Shown here piece by piece: positions 14,301 through 27,900 of a stretch of 64,000 nt of DNA. Every line of letters starts with the position of its first letter. The stretch's first letter is position 1. The position numbers and the translations under genes were made by a program. The stretch lies in assembly GCA_951406725.2 (NCBI GenBank), contig OX597814.1, positions 83,886,001-83,950,000 on the forward strand. The letters are read 5' to 3'. A model generated the notes under the pieces. It saw only the letters and a list, made by a program, of their open reading frames with translations, searched no databases and had not been told where the DNA came from. This stretch comes from Octopus vulgaris (taxonomy: Eukaryota).

Positions 14301-17300
14301 CTGCTCAAGTTATATCCAAGGACGATTCGTAGATGCAAATGACAAAGAGTGATAAAAAGCACCAGATAAAGTACTGAGGTTGACTTGAGCAACTGAAACT
14401 GTTGAAGGATGTGCCTCATCAAAGCTGCAGTCATAAGACAAAATATTTGATGAGTAAAGGGAAAAAATATTAGCCAAATTGTGGACTTTTTTGCAGTGTC
14501 TGCATTATGTTTCAGTTAGTTTGATTGAGTAATAGAAACATTGTGGATATAAAAGCCCCATGCAATATTATTTACTATCAAATTCTGCAGCATTAAGAGT
14601 GAAGGCATCTGTCCTGATGGTTAGGCTGTTGCACTCACAATTGCAAGATTATGGTTTCTGTTCCTGGATCAGTATTGCATTATGTTACTCCAGTTTGTTC
14701 AGCTGTGAATGGGTAATCCTATAATGGACTGGCATCTTGTTCAGGTGAAATATTATGATCTCAGTCATTTATATGCCATGGAAAACGAGTAATCAGAGTA
14801 ACTTGCACTATTAGTCCCAAGATTTGAGAAAGGCATGTCCATGGCCCCTAAGTGGGTAACACATATTTCCTTGTATATATCATATAAGTTTATATATATA
14901 ACCATAATAATAATGAACTTATTGCATACCGTACTCAGGTGCTCCACAAAATGCTCAGGTTGTAAGACACCTCTCTCTCTCTCTCTCTCTCTTGGAAAAG
15001 TACTTATCTATCACAAAGGTTTGATCTCAAATGTTGAAGTCAATAATCTGATAAATTGTTTTCTTGTTATCAACATCTCATCTCAGACATTTAAATATTT
15101 AACAAACACATAATTATAATTATAGTTTATTATCTAAAATTCTGATTTAGAAATTGTCAGTAATTGTTTCTGAATATAGTAAATTAAACATTAACTGGAA
15201 AATTTATAATTTAATTTGGTTAATTTCAGAATCGCTTTAGGGGGTATCAGCGATCAAAGCGAGATCCGAGGTCACCGCCGCACATACATTGGGAGTATGC
15301 CAGGACGTATTATTCACGGCCTCAAATTGGTTGGAACTAATAATCCAGTGTTTTTGTTTGATGAGATTGATAAAATGGTAAATTTTCATTTCTGTTATAG
15401 TGAAAGGTTTTGTGGGTTGAAAAGCAAAAAAAAAATGATTTTGTTGTTGTATAAACCCAGGTCAGCCCTGATCTAGCAGACCTATGATCAAAGACATTCC
15501 AACTACGACCATCCTGTCATTTTGCATATCAGGTACTAAAATGTCCTCTGTATCTTTCCCAATCTAAAGAAGCTGGATTGTGATTTTAGAGAGTCTTTCA
15601 TAGCAGTTTATGCAACTAAATAGAGGCTCTCTTATTGGTTTGATTAGTACCAGTAATGTATTGGAATTGACTAAACTATAAAGTCTTTCTTTGCAAGTGT
15701 GTGGCCTTGTCTCTGAGATGACATTAGTTTTGCTTACAGCTAGGGGCTGATGATGTAGGGAGGAGATTTATTGAATGCTCTGGGAAGAACATTTTAGAGG
15801 TAAGGGTTAAATGTGGTAACATTGGGAGGTGTCTGAACATATAGAATATAACAAGAACCAATTTTAATGAATCTCCATTGTTGAAGTAGGTGGTGGTACA
15901 TGAGATTGAGTACCAGTCAATGTTTTTGTCTGGCTAAACATTTTTATAGTAGGTCATGCAGTGTTGGGTGGGTTTGTAAGGAAGAAGAGAACAATGCAAG
16001 ATACAGAAAGAAGTGGTGGGCTCAGATATTAGGATGCTGGGCTTCCCAGGTGGGATGATGAAAGATCATAATGATTGATAGTGTATGACAGAAGTATCCA
16101 ACATTTGTTAACATGGAATAAACATGTTAAAATGTTGACAGAAATGGTGATGAACATATGATCCCGGAGCATTGAGCAAGTCATGTTACTTTCTCATTGA
16201 CTCATGAAATTGCTAAGTGGAATTGTATTTCTCTATTTTTTTTCTGGTTTTTGTTTTTAATTTTTACTTTTATATTCTTTTTTTATATATATTTTAGAAT
16301 AAGAGCATCCATGGAGACCCAGCTGCTGCATTGCTTGAGGTTTTGGACCCTGAACAAAACCACACGTTTACTGATCAGTATCCTTTTGCAGTTAATGCTC
16401 ACTAGAAGTGTAAGGTGGCTACTGTGGTTGTCTGCTACTTAAACATATCTGCTATGTTGTTTGAAAATATAAAATCTACATTTGAAATCTATTATCTAGA
16501 GTATTTCTGTGTTTCTTACTGAGAGTATAAGATGTCCATTATGCTTTGATGAGTATAAGCTGTCTACTGTGATATCTAGGATTTGGGCTGTCTAGGGAAT
16601 ATTTGGGAGAGTAAGCTGGCTATTGTGTTACTTGAAAGAACACAAGATGTCCACTATGATGGCTTAAACTAGTGAACATTTTGGTCCTGGCTAGCCTATG
16701 TAGCATGCTCTGCTCTCCTTAGATTTAGCACTCAAACATGTAGTCCTCATTTTAGAAACAGAAATTTGTATAGATTTAACTGTTACATTGATAGGTCAAG
16801 TAAAAAGAGATTTTGATGGCTTGTAGTGTTACTAATATTGTTGGTTGTTTTTGTGTAGATTTAGTCTACTGTTTTTGAGTAGATCTATCATGTGCAACCT
16901 GTCAAATGTTGCTTATCAGATCCATGACAGAAAGATATATTTGTGACAGTGAGATAGCCAATAAAATGTTTAGTTGTAAAGTTTTGGCACTAAGGTTTCC
17001 AGTCAAATGTTTGGGAACAAATATACAGCACAAAGTTACTCAATCAATTGTTTAGAGTAAAACTTTAGATTTTGTACTTTATATATTTCATGTTTCAGTC
17101 CATGAATTATTTGGCCATGTTGAAGTAATTGTGTCAGACTGGACATGTGAGATCTGCATTTTTTTTCCAATTTGTGTATCACATCTAACAGCATTGGTGG
17201 TTCATGGTTCTTTAGGTTTTATGAAAGTTGGTTTATTATGTTGTAGTGGTGGTAATGCTGTTGAATATTTCCAGTTATCTCTGTTACTACAGACTTGAAA

Positions 17301-17974
17301 TTGAAAATTTGGGAGCAACCTGCAGATATGGCCAACATTTGGGAGAAAGATGTAGATATAAAATTGAGTGTAAGTTTTCACGTAATGTTTAGCTGGCTAT
17401 TGTTGAGATTATAAAGTTTGTTCAATTACTGTTCAGCAGTAATAACAGCAACATGTCTGGTACAAATCATACTATTTATATGGAAATATTTAAATATTTA
17501 AATTATATCTGTAACAATATTTGAACTGTGACAAGTACTTGATTGCAGTTTGTTGTACTTTATTGTAAACTACACTGTGTTGCACTACATAACACACTAT
17601 TCTACAATACACAATGCTGTTATATCACCATATGATACAGTACAGCGTGATGTAATTACTACTTGACTAAATCACACTGTACTGTTCTATATTACATTAA
17701 TTCATCACACTACACTAATGCAGCACACTATGTCATTATTACAATCTTGAATAACATATATGTGGTGACTTGACCAGCTAATCTGCTTGCTTAGGGCTAT
17801 ATACACATAGATGGCACAGGCGTGGCTGTGTGGTAAGAAGCTTGCTTCCCAACTACATGGTTCTGGGTTCAGTCCTACTGTGTGACACCTTGGGCAAGTG
17901 TCTTCTACTATAACCTTGGGCCAATCAAAGCATTATGAGTGGATTTGGTAGATGGAAACTGAAAGAAGCCCATC

Positions 17975-18033
<59 letters not shown>

Positions 18034-21000
18034 TGCACACACACGCACACACACACACATGTATATGTATGTATTTATGTGTGTGTGTGTGTCTGACCCA
18101 TGTTGATGTATTTGCTTCCCAATAACATAGTGGTTTGGCAAAAGAAACTGATAGAAAAAGTACAAGGTTTACAAATAATAAGTTCTGGGTTCAATTTGTT
18201 TGACAAAAAAAAAACCCCTTTAAGGCGGTGCTCCAGCATGGCTGTAGTCAAAGTAAAAGAATAAAAGAAGAGATACACCATAAAACAATGTTTCAAAATT
18301 GTTGTCCTGTCACAGTTTAATATTTGTATTTTTCTCTGTTCTATAAACAACAACAGTAACAACACCAACAACAACATTTACTAGCTTATGTTTCAGATTA
18401 TATTTTTCCTTAACTCCAGCCCCAGCTACCTGAATGTACCATTTGACCTCTCACAAGTGTTGTTTATCTGTACAGCCAACAACTTAGCTCCTATTCCACC
18501 TGCATTGATTGACCGCATGGAAATCATTTCCATCCAGGGTTACACTGAAGAGGAGAAGTTGCACATTGCTGAGAGGCATCTGATGCCTAAACAACTCACT
18601 CTACATGGATTGTCACCAGAACTGCTTCACATTCCCACTGATACAATTAAATTGATAAGTATGGAATGCTTTTCACTAATCATTTCAACTCATCAAAATA
18701 TATTGTTAAATGAGAACAAATTTAATATTCAGTTGTTTAGGTGTGCATGTGTTCCTCCCCTTTCTCCATATATATATATATATATTTTTTTTCCCCCCAG
18801 AGTTAAATCTCCTAGGGTTTGTCCGCACATTAAATTTTACAGCCTTTACAATGTCCAAAGATTATTGAGCAGCATTTTGATACTTGGTGTGAATCATCAT
18901 GGATGATACAGGTAACCTTTTTCCAGTATTCAGATGGCTTAAGATGGTGAGCTGGCAGAATTGTTACTGCATTGGGCAAAATGCTTAGCAGCATTTCATC
19001 TGTCTTTATGTTCTGAGTTCAAATTCCGCCAAGGTCGTCTTTGCCTTTCATCCTTTTGGGATCAATAAAATAAGTACCAGTTGAGCACTGAGGTCAATGT
19101 AATCAACTTACACCCTCCTCCCAAATTGCTGGCCTTGTGCTAAAATTTGAAGCCAATATTCAGATGGCTTCCAGTCCTCCATGTTAGCTCACTTTCTCTT
19201 AACTACAACTTATCTTTATGCTCTGCAATACCATTGATTGTTCAACAGTACATAAAGCTGTACCTGAATAAGGGAGACAAAAAAAATCATCAAATGTAGC
19301 CTGAACACCCTGTATGTATGTATGTGCCCAACCATCCTTAATCATTGTTGGTTTGTTTACATCTCTATGACCTTGTAGTTTGGCATCTATTGACTAAATA
19401 GGTAAAAGAAAGAAAAAGAAAAAAAAGATTGACTCTTGATCTGAGCGGAACAGCAAAAATCATAGCATTTCATTCTCTTCGTCCTCTGGACTAGCTTATA
19501 AAAAAATTAGCAATATAATGTTTTTTTCCTTTTTCTAGTTTCACAGTACACCAGAGAGGCAGGAGTGAGAAATCTGGAACGAACAATTGCAGCCGTGTGC
19601 CGTGCTGTGGCTGTTCAGGTGGCTGAAACTTATTCACCCAGTCTACCATTGAAGCAAGAAGACGATTCAAAACCAACCAGCACAACAGATGCAGAGGAAG
19701 AGAATGGGAAAACTACAACTGCAGACACAACAGACGATAGTTCTATCGGTGACAACCTTGAGACTACTGTCGCTGAGTTATCTCCCATGGCTCACCCTCC
19801 TGACACGCCTATTGTTATTGATGAAACTGCTCTAGAGGATATACTTGGAGTAAGACGTTTGGATTCTTTCTCTTAGTCAAATCTCATAAACCACCACCAC
19901 TACCACTACTACTACTATTATCATCACTACTTCTGTTATCTTTATCACAACCATTCCATTGTTAATATTACTATTATCACTAAGGCAGTGAGCTGGTTGA
20001 TTCGTTAGCACACTGTGCAAAATGCTTAGCAGTATTTTGTTCATCTTTATGTTCTGACTTCAAATTCCGCCAAAGTCGACTTTGCCTTTCATCCTTTCAG
20101 GGTCGATAAAAAAGCACCAGTTGAATCTTGGGGTGAAATTAATCGACTTAACCTGTCCTCTGAACTTGCTGGCCTTGTGCCAAAATCTGAAATTGATATT
20201 ACTATAACCACTATTCATGATGTTTGGCCAAAATTTCTTCATGAATTATGCTTGTATCTTTGTTTTGATTCCCTATCATCATGTTACTTACTATATTACT
20301 GTGTCTGTCCATGTGTGTGCATGTACACCTGTGTTATTATACGATAAGGTGATGCAGTATCTTTAAAAACTACATCTGTAATCCAGCTTCATTTCCACTT
20401 TTAAATGACATCACTCATGTCACTAATACTCCAAGAAAAGACTTGGACATTTACAACCTCTCACTCTGTTTTTTTCCTGAAAGATGTTATGCCTATGCAA
20501 AAAATAACAAAGCAAAAAGAAAACCCAGTTAATACTCAACAAATTAAAGTTGTGATAGGATTCTGCAGTAGTGACTGTTGTATGGTCTTTAATTGGGTAC
20601 TGTAATCTTGAATTCAATATCTATTACGATTCAGCATTGGTCTCATGTTTTGTTCCCTTTTACATGTCTTAGGAGAGATGATAGAGCAATGTCTATGATC
20701 CTTTTCAGGGCTACTAAGATTGGTGGAGAGAAAAGAGGGAGTTATTCTTGTACCAGAGATATGCCCTGAATGCTTTCAGTAGATTGTACTCTATTAAAGG
20801 CATCTGAAGGTCAGTTGGTAGTGTTGAGTTAGCAGATTAAATCTAATGCCTAAAAACAAGAACAGTCCCTTCAGGCTTCTGTATAATTTTCATTTATCTC
20901 ATTTTACTTGCAGGGTTTTGATCAACCCAAAGCTATAGTTAAAGGCATTTGACCCAAGGTGTTATGCAATGGGAGTGAATCTGAAATCGTGTGGTTGCAA

Positions 21001-23616
21001 AATAAACTCCTTAACCACAAAGCCATATATTTCTTTCTTGAAAAACATCTCAAATCTTCCTCTTCTTATGCCTCATCACCATAATTATCATCACTATCAT
21101 TATCATCTTCATCATGTGGATTGTGGTATTGGTAGAGTCTGAACTAAATGCTTTACATCATTCAATTATATTGCACTACATTTTGAGTTCAAATCCTACT
21201 GAGTTTGTTAAACATATGCTAGTGGCTAATCAATTGTCATTACTGATTGCTGAAATATTTGGCCTTATACCAACATAAACCGTTATTCTCTCATGGATTA
21301 AGTAGAGACTGAGTAATTGGATGATGTTATGATTTTAGTACAGGTAATATGCTTAATAGCTAATAAATAGTTTGACAAGACATGAGTGTGGAGAAAAGTT
21401 ATGTGTTTTAATAGGAGTGAAGATTGTATAAAGTTAAGGAGTAAATCTAAAAGGTGAGTTAATGTGTTTCTTTGGAAGAAAGTGATTGGTAGATTGATTT
21501 TAGTTATAGACAACAGTATTGCTATGAAATTGAGGCATAGGGATAAAGCCGGGGCAAGTATTGTCATGATTAGTGGTGAGTAAAGGAAATGGATATCCTG
21601 GAAGAAGGAAGAGACTTGTGTGATGGCTGGAATTTTGTATTATATTGGTTTTACTGTCATCACCCATCAGATAAGGAAATAGTTTGCAGAGAGGACTTGG
21701 GAATTGGAATTGTTTATTTTATATTTTGTGTTTTTTAGGAATTGAAAATTAATGACAGCTATTTTATTTGTAGCCACCTATGTATTACAATGAAATGTCT
21801 GAGCGTTTGTCCCAACCTGGAGTAGCTGTTGGTCTGGCCTGGACTGAGAATGGAGGGCAAATTATGTTTGTAGAAGCTCTAAGTATGGCTGGAGAAGGTC
21901 AGCTCACTTTGACTGGACAGCTTGGTGATGTAATGAAGGAGTCAGCCACACTGGCCCTTAACTGGGTGAGGAGTCATGCTAAAAAGGTAATCATTATCAA
22001 CACAGGGGTTAGGAAAATCAATTTGTTTTCTAGCCTCATACTGTATCTTGAGCTTGTCGCTTTTAATAAACCACATAATAGTTATGTAGAAAGGAGTAGT
22101 TATACAAAATTGTATCGCTCTCTCTTTTAAATCATTTTTGCTTTTTAATTCTCCAGGACCAATAAAGTTTATATTTACCTTCTACAAATTTGTCATGTGC
22201 CAATGTGAGAAATTAGTATTAACCACCACTTTATCTGCTTCTGCTACAAGATATACAAATGTTAGTGCACCTTTAAAAAAAGTAGATAAAAATAACCACT
22301 GTGTAAAATAAAATGTGTTTAGTTTATAATAAAGATTTCATAGGGGTATTAATATTTGTGATTAGTTTATAAGACTGGTCTCTCTCTCTCTCTGTACATT
22401 CCACATAAACATATACACATATCATTTGAAAACATATCAGATTAGTCATTGTCATGACCAACTATGAACAGTGTACTAATGTATGTTTGTTTGCTAGAAA
22501 AGAATCAATAGTATGGAAGAGAAAATCAGTTTTGAATCACTAATGAGGTTTCTTAAGTGAGCTCTAAGCTGGAAGTTAACAAGTACCTATATAACTAAGA
22601 CTGGAAAGCTTCTCATACATTTTTTTTTGATATTGCCCTTATGATATTGAAATTTTATCTAATCAAGGACTACTTTCATTAACAAGGCTTTCAGTCAGAA
22701 ATTATGTGACCCAGGATTTCATAGATTGTGTGGTCCGTCCCATGTGTGTGGTACAGTAAAATAAGCTTGTTGGCAGAAAGCACAAGTAACACCTGACTGA
22801 AGATAAGTTGGCACATATCAAGATTACTCACTCAGGGTTGTTACTGGCAAAGCACACTGAAATCATGTAGTACACAAATACTAGTACCAGTTAAAGTGCT
22901 CTCTGTAAACTCTGATCATGAAATAAATATCTGCTTATCACTATAAATAGCTCAGATCAATAAAAACAGTACCCACTTTCTTGATCTTTGCAATCATTTC
23001 ATCAATGATATGATCATTCATCAATTGCTATAATGAATTAATTGACCAGTTCAAAAGATTTGTACATGATTCAGAGGGATGATAGTATCTCTTTCTTTTT
23101 GCAGAAATTTACATTTTGAATGGTCAAAATAAGTCAAATTGAGTGTTGGTGTTATACAACTTACTTAATACTTACAGAACATGTTATCATATAAAACCAG
23201 AATGCTCTTGTACTCAATGTTGGCTAGATTGTTGTACAGAATGCCCAAAGTTATTTAACTCTGGAAGTTATTGTTTAGCTTCAGACCATTGATTGAATGG
23301 ATTCCTATTGTGACCACCTGTTGTTTTTAGTGGTATATAAGATCATATCACTTGATGAGTCCTTTCTTTAATTAAGTTGGTAGGGTGTTTAGAGAGATTT
23401 TGCTGCTGATGAGTTGACAATAAAGACTTCTTTATTGAGCTGAACTCTGGAAATATAAGAAATTGAGAGAGATGTCAATATCATTTGATTAATTATTTTT
23501 TTTTAAAACAGTCAACGCTAAACTAAAAAGAAAACAAAACATACTGAATACACACACACACATGGACGCTAATACAAGCAATTGAAGAATTGTTTCACAC
23601 TCTATCTTAAAATGTA

Positions 23617-23680
<64 letters not shown>

Positions 23681-23916
23681 TATATATACACACACACACA
23701 CACATATATATACACACACACACATATATATATACACACACACACATATATATATATACACACACACACATATATATATACACACACACACATATATATA
23801 TATACACACACACACATATATATATATATATACACACACACATATATATATATATACACACACACACACATATATATATACACACACACACACATATATA
23901 CACACACACACACATA

Positions 23917-23950
<34 letters not shown>

Positions 23951-24569
23951 CACACACACATATATACACACACACACACACATACATATATATATACACA
24001 CACACATACATACACATATACACACACTTGCACACACATACACAAGAATAATATAACACAAGGATGGAGGATATCAGGCTTTAATAGATCACATTTCTTT
24101 CTGCACCACACACCAGCTTTTGAAGTTGCTGAGTTTATATTAATACACTGCTATTGAAGGTCATTCTTTACAATTACTATATAGTTGAATACTCAATATT
24201 CAGTAAAATCCAACAAGAATTGATTGTCTTCCACCTGACGAAGTGTCCAAACACAACTGTTGCTCAAAACTATTCAGCTATATAGTAATTATAAAGAATG
24301 ACTTTCTATAATATATATATAGTTATAAACTCAGTGACTTAAAGCTGGTGTGCAATGCAGAAACAAATACAGTGATCTACTATTAAAACTTGATATCCTT
24401 CATCCTTGTGTTATGTTATTTTTGTATTAATTTTGTGCAAAGAGGAGTTGGGGAGTTCCGCATGTGCATGCAGCCCTGGGATGTACCCTACTGTAGGATA
24501 ACATGTGGTAACCAAATAACAATATAAGAGCTCTTAAATGCATGTTACAAGATTTTTACCTGAATTATA

Positions 24570-24606
<37 letters not shown>

Positions 24607-24865
24607 ATAATAAATATTAGGGAATGAATCCAAAATTACAGGGAAAAATCAGATTTAGGGTTAAATCCAATTTTATAGTAAAATATTATATAATATAATT
24701 CGAGACAAAACCACTATTTTAAAACCAAACAAGGAAAGACTTAATCAATACATAAAATTTTAATATAAATTAAATAAAATAAATAAATAAAATAAATAAA
24801 TTTTATGTATTGATTAAGTCTTTCCTTGTTTGGTTTTAAAATAGTGGTTTTGTCTCGAATTATAT

Positions 24866-24912
<47 letters not shown>

Positions 24913-27900
24913 TAGATGTACTTGTCAGGCAAATGGTTTGATCTGAGGCCAGGTGGAACTGTGTCACAGACAAGGTTGCAGTCAGGGTTACAAAAAATTT
25001 GCATTTAATGATAAATTCTTAAGTGAACCTAACAGTTTTTGTGTATTTTTGAATGGTTAATGTTTTCCACATGGTAATTGCAATTTGTATATATATATAT
25101 AGGGTCATCCCATAAATAATGTGGTTTTTTTTATACTTCTTTTATTTTTCAAAATTAAGGTCAATTTCATTTTTAATCTAAAATATACTCTCCTTCGTTT
25201 TCTACAATGCTCTTCCATCTGTCTGGTAGACTTGCAAGGCCCCTCTTCCAAATTCCCTTGTCTGTGATGAAAAATACTCCTTCACTACTGTTCTGACCTT
25301 GTCTACAGAATTCGTGTTTTTTCCATCCAAATGATTTTGAAGACTGCAGAATAAATGATAATCAGATGGGGCAATGTCTGGCAAATATGGTGGGTGGGGC
25401 ATTGTTTCCCATTCAAACTGCTCCAGCCTTTGGAATGTAATCCTTACTGTATGTGGCTGAGCATTATCCTGATGGAAAAGCACTTTTTGTCTTGAAACTA
25501 AAGATCTGGTCAGTTTTCTTCTAGGGCTGACTTAAGCTGCTCGAGCTGTTCACAGTAGATCTTTATCATTTCATTTGGGTTTAAAAGTTCAAAGTGGACT
25601 AAACCTTTCATATCCCAGCAAACAGATAACACGTTATGTAGGTGAAAATCTTCTTTAGCCTGGTGTGCTGGTGTTTCTCCTTTCCCTACCCACTGTTTTA
25701 GACACTTGAGATTTTTATAGAGAACCTATTTCTCATCACCGCTCACTATTTGGTCCAAAAAAAAGGTTAATTTGTGAGACGTGACAACAAAAAAGAGTAC
25801 ACATTCACTCTCTGCACGTGATTAGACTTAGAAAGTTTGTGAGGAAACCATCTACCCAATTTGCTGAATGTTTTGATGGCACACAGGTATCGATGAATGG
25901 TTGAATGACCAAATCTAAGCTTTTCTGCTAGTTCCTCAACAGTTACAATGAGATTTTGTTCCACCAGGGTTTGCAGGACGTCCTTGTGAAGCTCTACAGA
26001 TCTTCCAGGACAAGGCTCGTCTTCTAGGCTGTAGTTTCCAGCTTTGGGATTTCTTGATCTTCCATTGACACTTGCTTACACTTATTGTCAGATCCCCATA
26101 TACTGCATTAATGTTCCTTGCACTTTCCATTGTGTTGTTGCCTTTATTGAACTCCTAAAGCAAAATGTGCCAAATATGCTCCTTTGTCACTTCCAGCATA
26201 GCTTTGAAAAAATAACTGTTAAAATCGAACTGCACTCTTCAAAACTCGCACTAAGAATAAGGACATGGTAAAATTACTACCTGCTTTTATAGCAAGTTGA
26301 TGCAGGTAGTTTATTCTGTTCTCCTCTGACTTTTAGTTCATGCAATTGAAAAAATCACATTATTTATGGGATGACCCAATATATATATAATTTTCTTTCA
26401 CTTTGGGGTAAGTCAGTCTCATGCTACTCTAAGTTTCACCTGAAAATCCTGTGTATCTATAGGTGAAACTCAGCTTAGAAGAGACTGACTTGACCAAAAT
26501 AAATATATTATTAAGCTCTACCATGGTATTGAATACTCTTTTTTCTGACAGTTAGCTCTAAACACACATATATTGAATGTTGATACATTATTTTATGTTC
26601 TATTGTAGCTTGGTTTGGAAACTTTCTCTGTGGATCGGAAAAACATAGATTTACACATTCATTTCCCGGCTGGAGCTGTTGGTAAAGATGGACCGTCTGC
26701 TGGAGTTACCGTTGTCTGCGTCTTGGTGTCTTTGTTCAGTGGGCATGCTGTTCGTTCTGATACAGCTATGACAGGGGAGATAACTCTGAGAGGCCTCGTG
26801 CTGCCGGTGAGACAGCTTTTTGTTTTTATTATAACGTGATGATATATTTACTGCCGAATTAAAATTTATGAGAAAAAAAAAACAACCTACTTTAGAAAAA
26901 TACATTCTGTTATGCACACACACGCACGCACGCACACATACATACACACAAATCATTTTATGCCTGTTATTTCATGTAAATGTTAACAGATGATTCAGTA
27001 ACATTGGTGGCATAGATTGTTTTGGATCAAATTTCTACAGATGGATGAATTTGGCAAACACTAATCGCTCAGCTGTGAAATGGAAACGATATCTATATTG
27101 TTTTTTTTTATCTTTTGTTGTTTTTTTCCTTCTTATAAATAAATCAGTGTTGTTGTTGTTGTTATTGCAAAAATAACAAAGTTAGTTTTTACCTTGTCTG
27201 ACTCAATCAGCCATCTTCAAAAATACAAAAAAAGGGAAAAAATATCTGACATCATTTGCATCAATTCTATTCATCATCATCATCGTTTTTTCCTTTATGT
27301 CTTTTTTTTTTTTGAATAGATGTGACTTCTTGGAGCAGTATTCTGCATCCAGTGCTAATGCCAACCTATCCAACCAATGCCAGCTTCAAAAATATGTAAA
27401 AATAATAAATGAAATGATGATAATAGCCATGTGTATATATGTATATATGCACATATGTCTATCTATCTATATATACCTGTATGAAGGCACGTGACCTAGT
27501 GGTTAGGGTGTTGTACTTACAAATGCAAGATCTTGGGCTTGAGTTCCTCTTGAGCAAAACACATCATTTCATGTTGCTCCAGTTCACTCAGCTGTCAATG
27601 ACTAACCCTGTGTTCCATCTAGGGGGAATGTTGGCTTGCCCACCTAGCCAGCAGGATGGCATTATTTGAAAGTAACAACAGTGCAAGAAAGCACATTTTG
27701 ACCAGAAGTAACATTATATGATAGTCTGATCAATAATAGTGATTATATATATATATATATATATATATATAATGTAGGTGCAGGAATGGCTGTGTGATAA
27801 GTTTGCTTACCAACTACATGATTCCAGTTTCAGTCCCGCTGCATGACACCTTGGGCAAGTATCTTCTACTCTAGCCTCGGGTTGACCAAAGCTTAGTGAG

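Noticed and set aside
23489-24157. Six overlapping 140-190 aa ORFs rich in YI/CV/HT
   Set aside because: Translations of a (TA)n(CA)m microsatellite. The same applies to ORFs at 33.7, 48.1, 53.5-55.5, 57.2, 60.6 and 61.4 kb.
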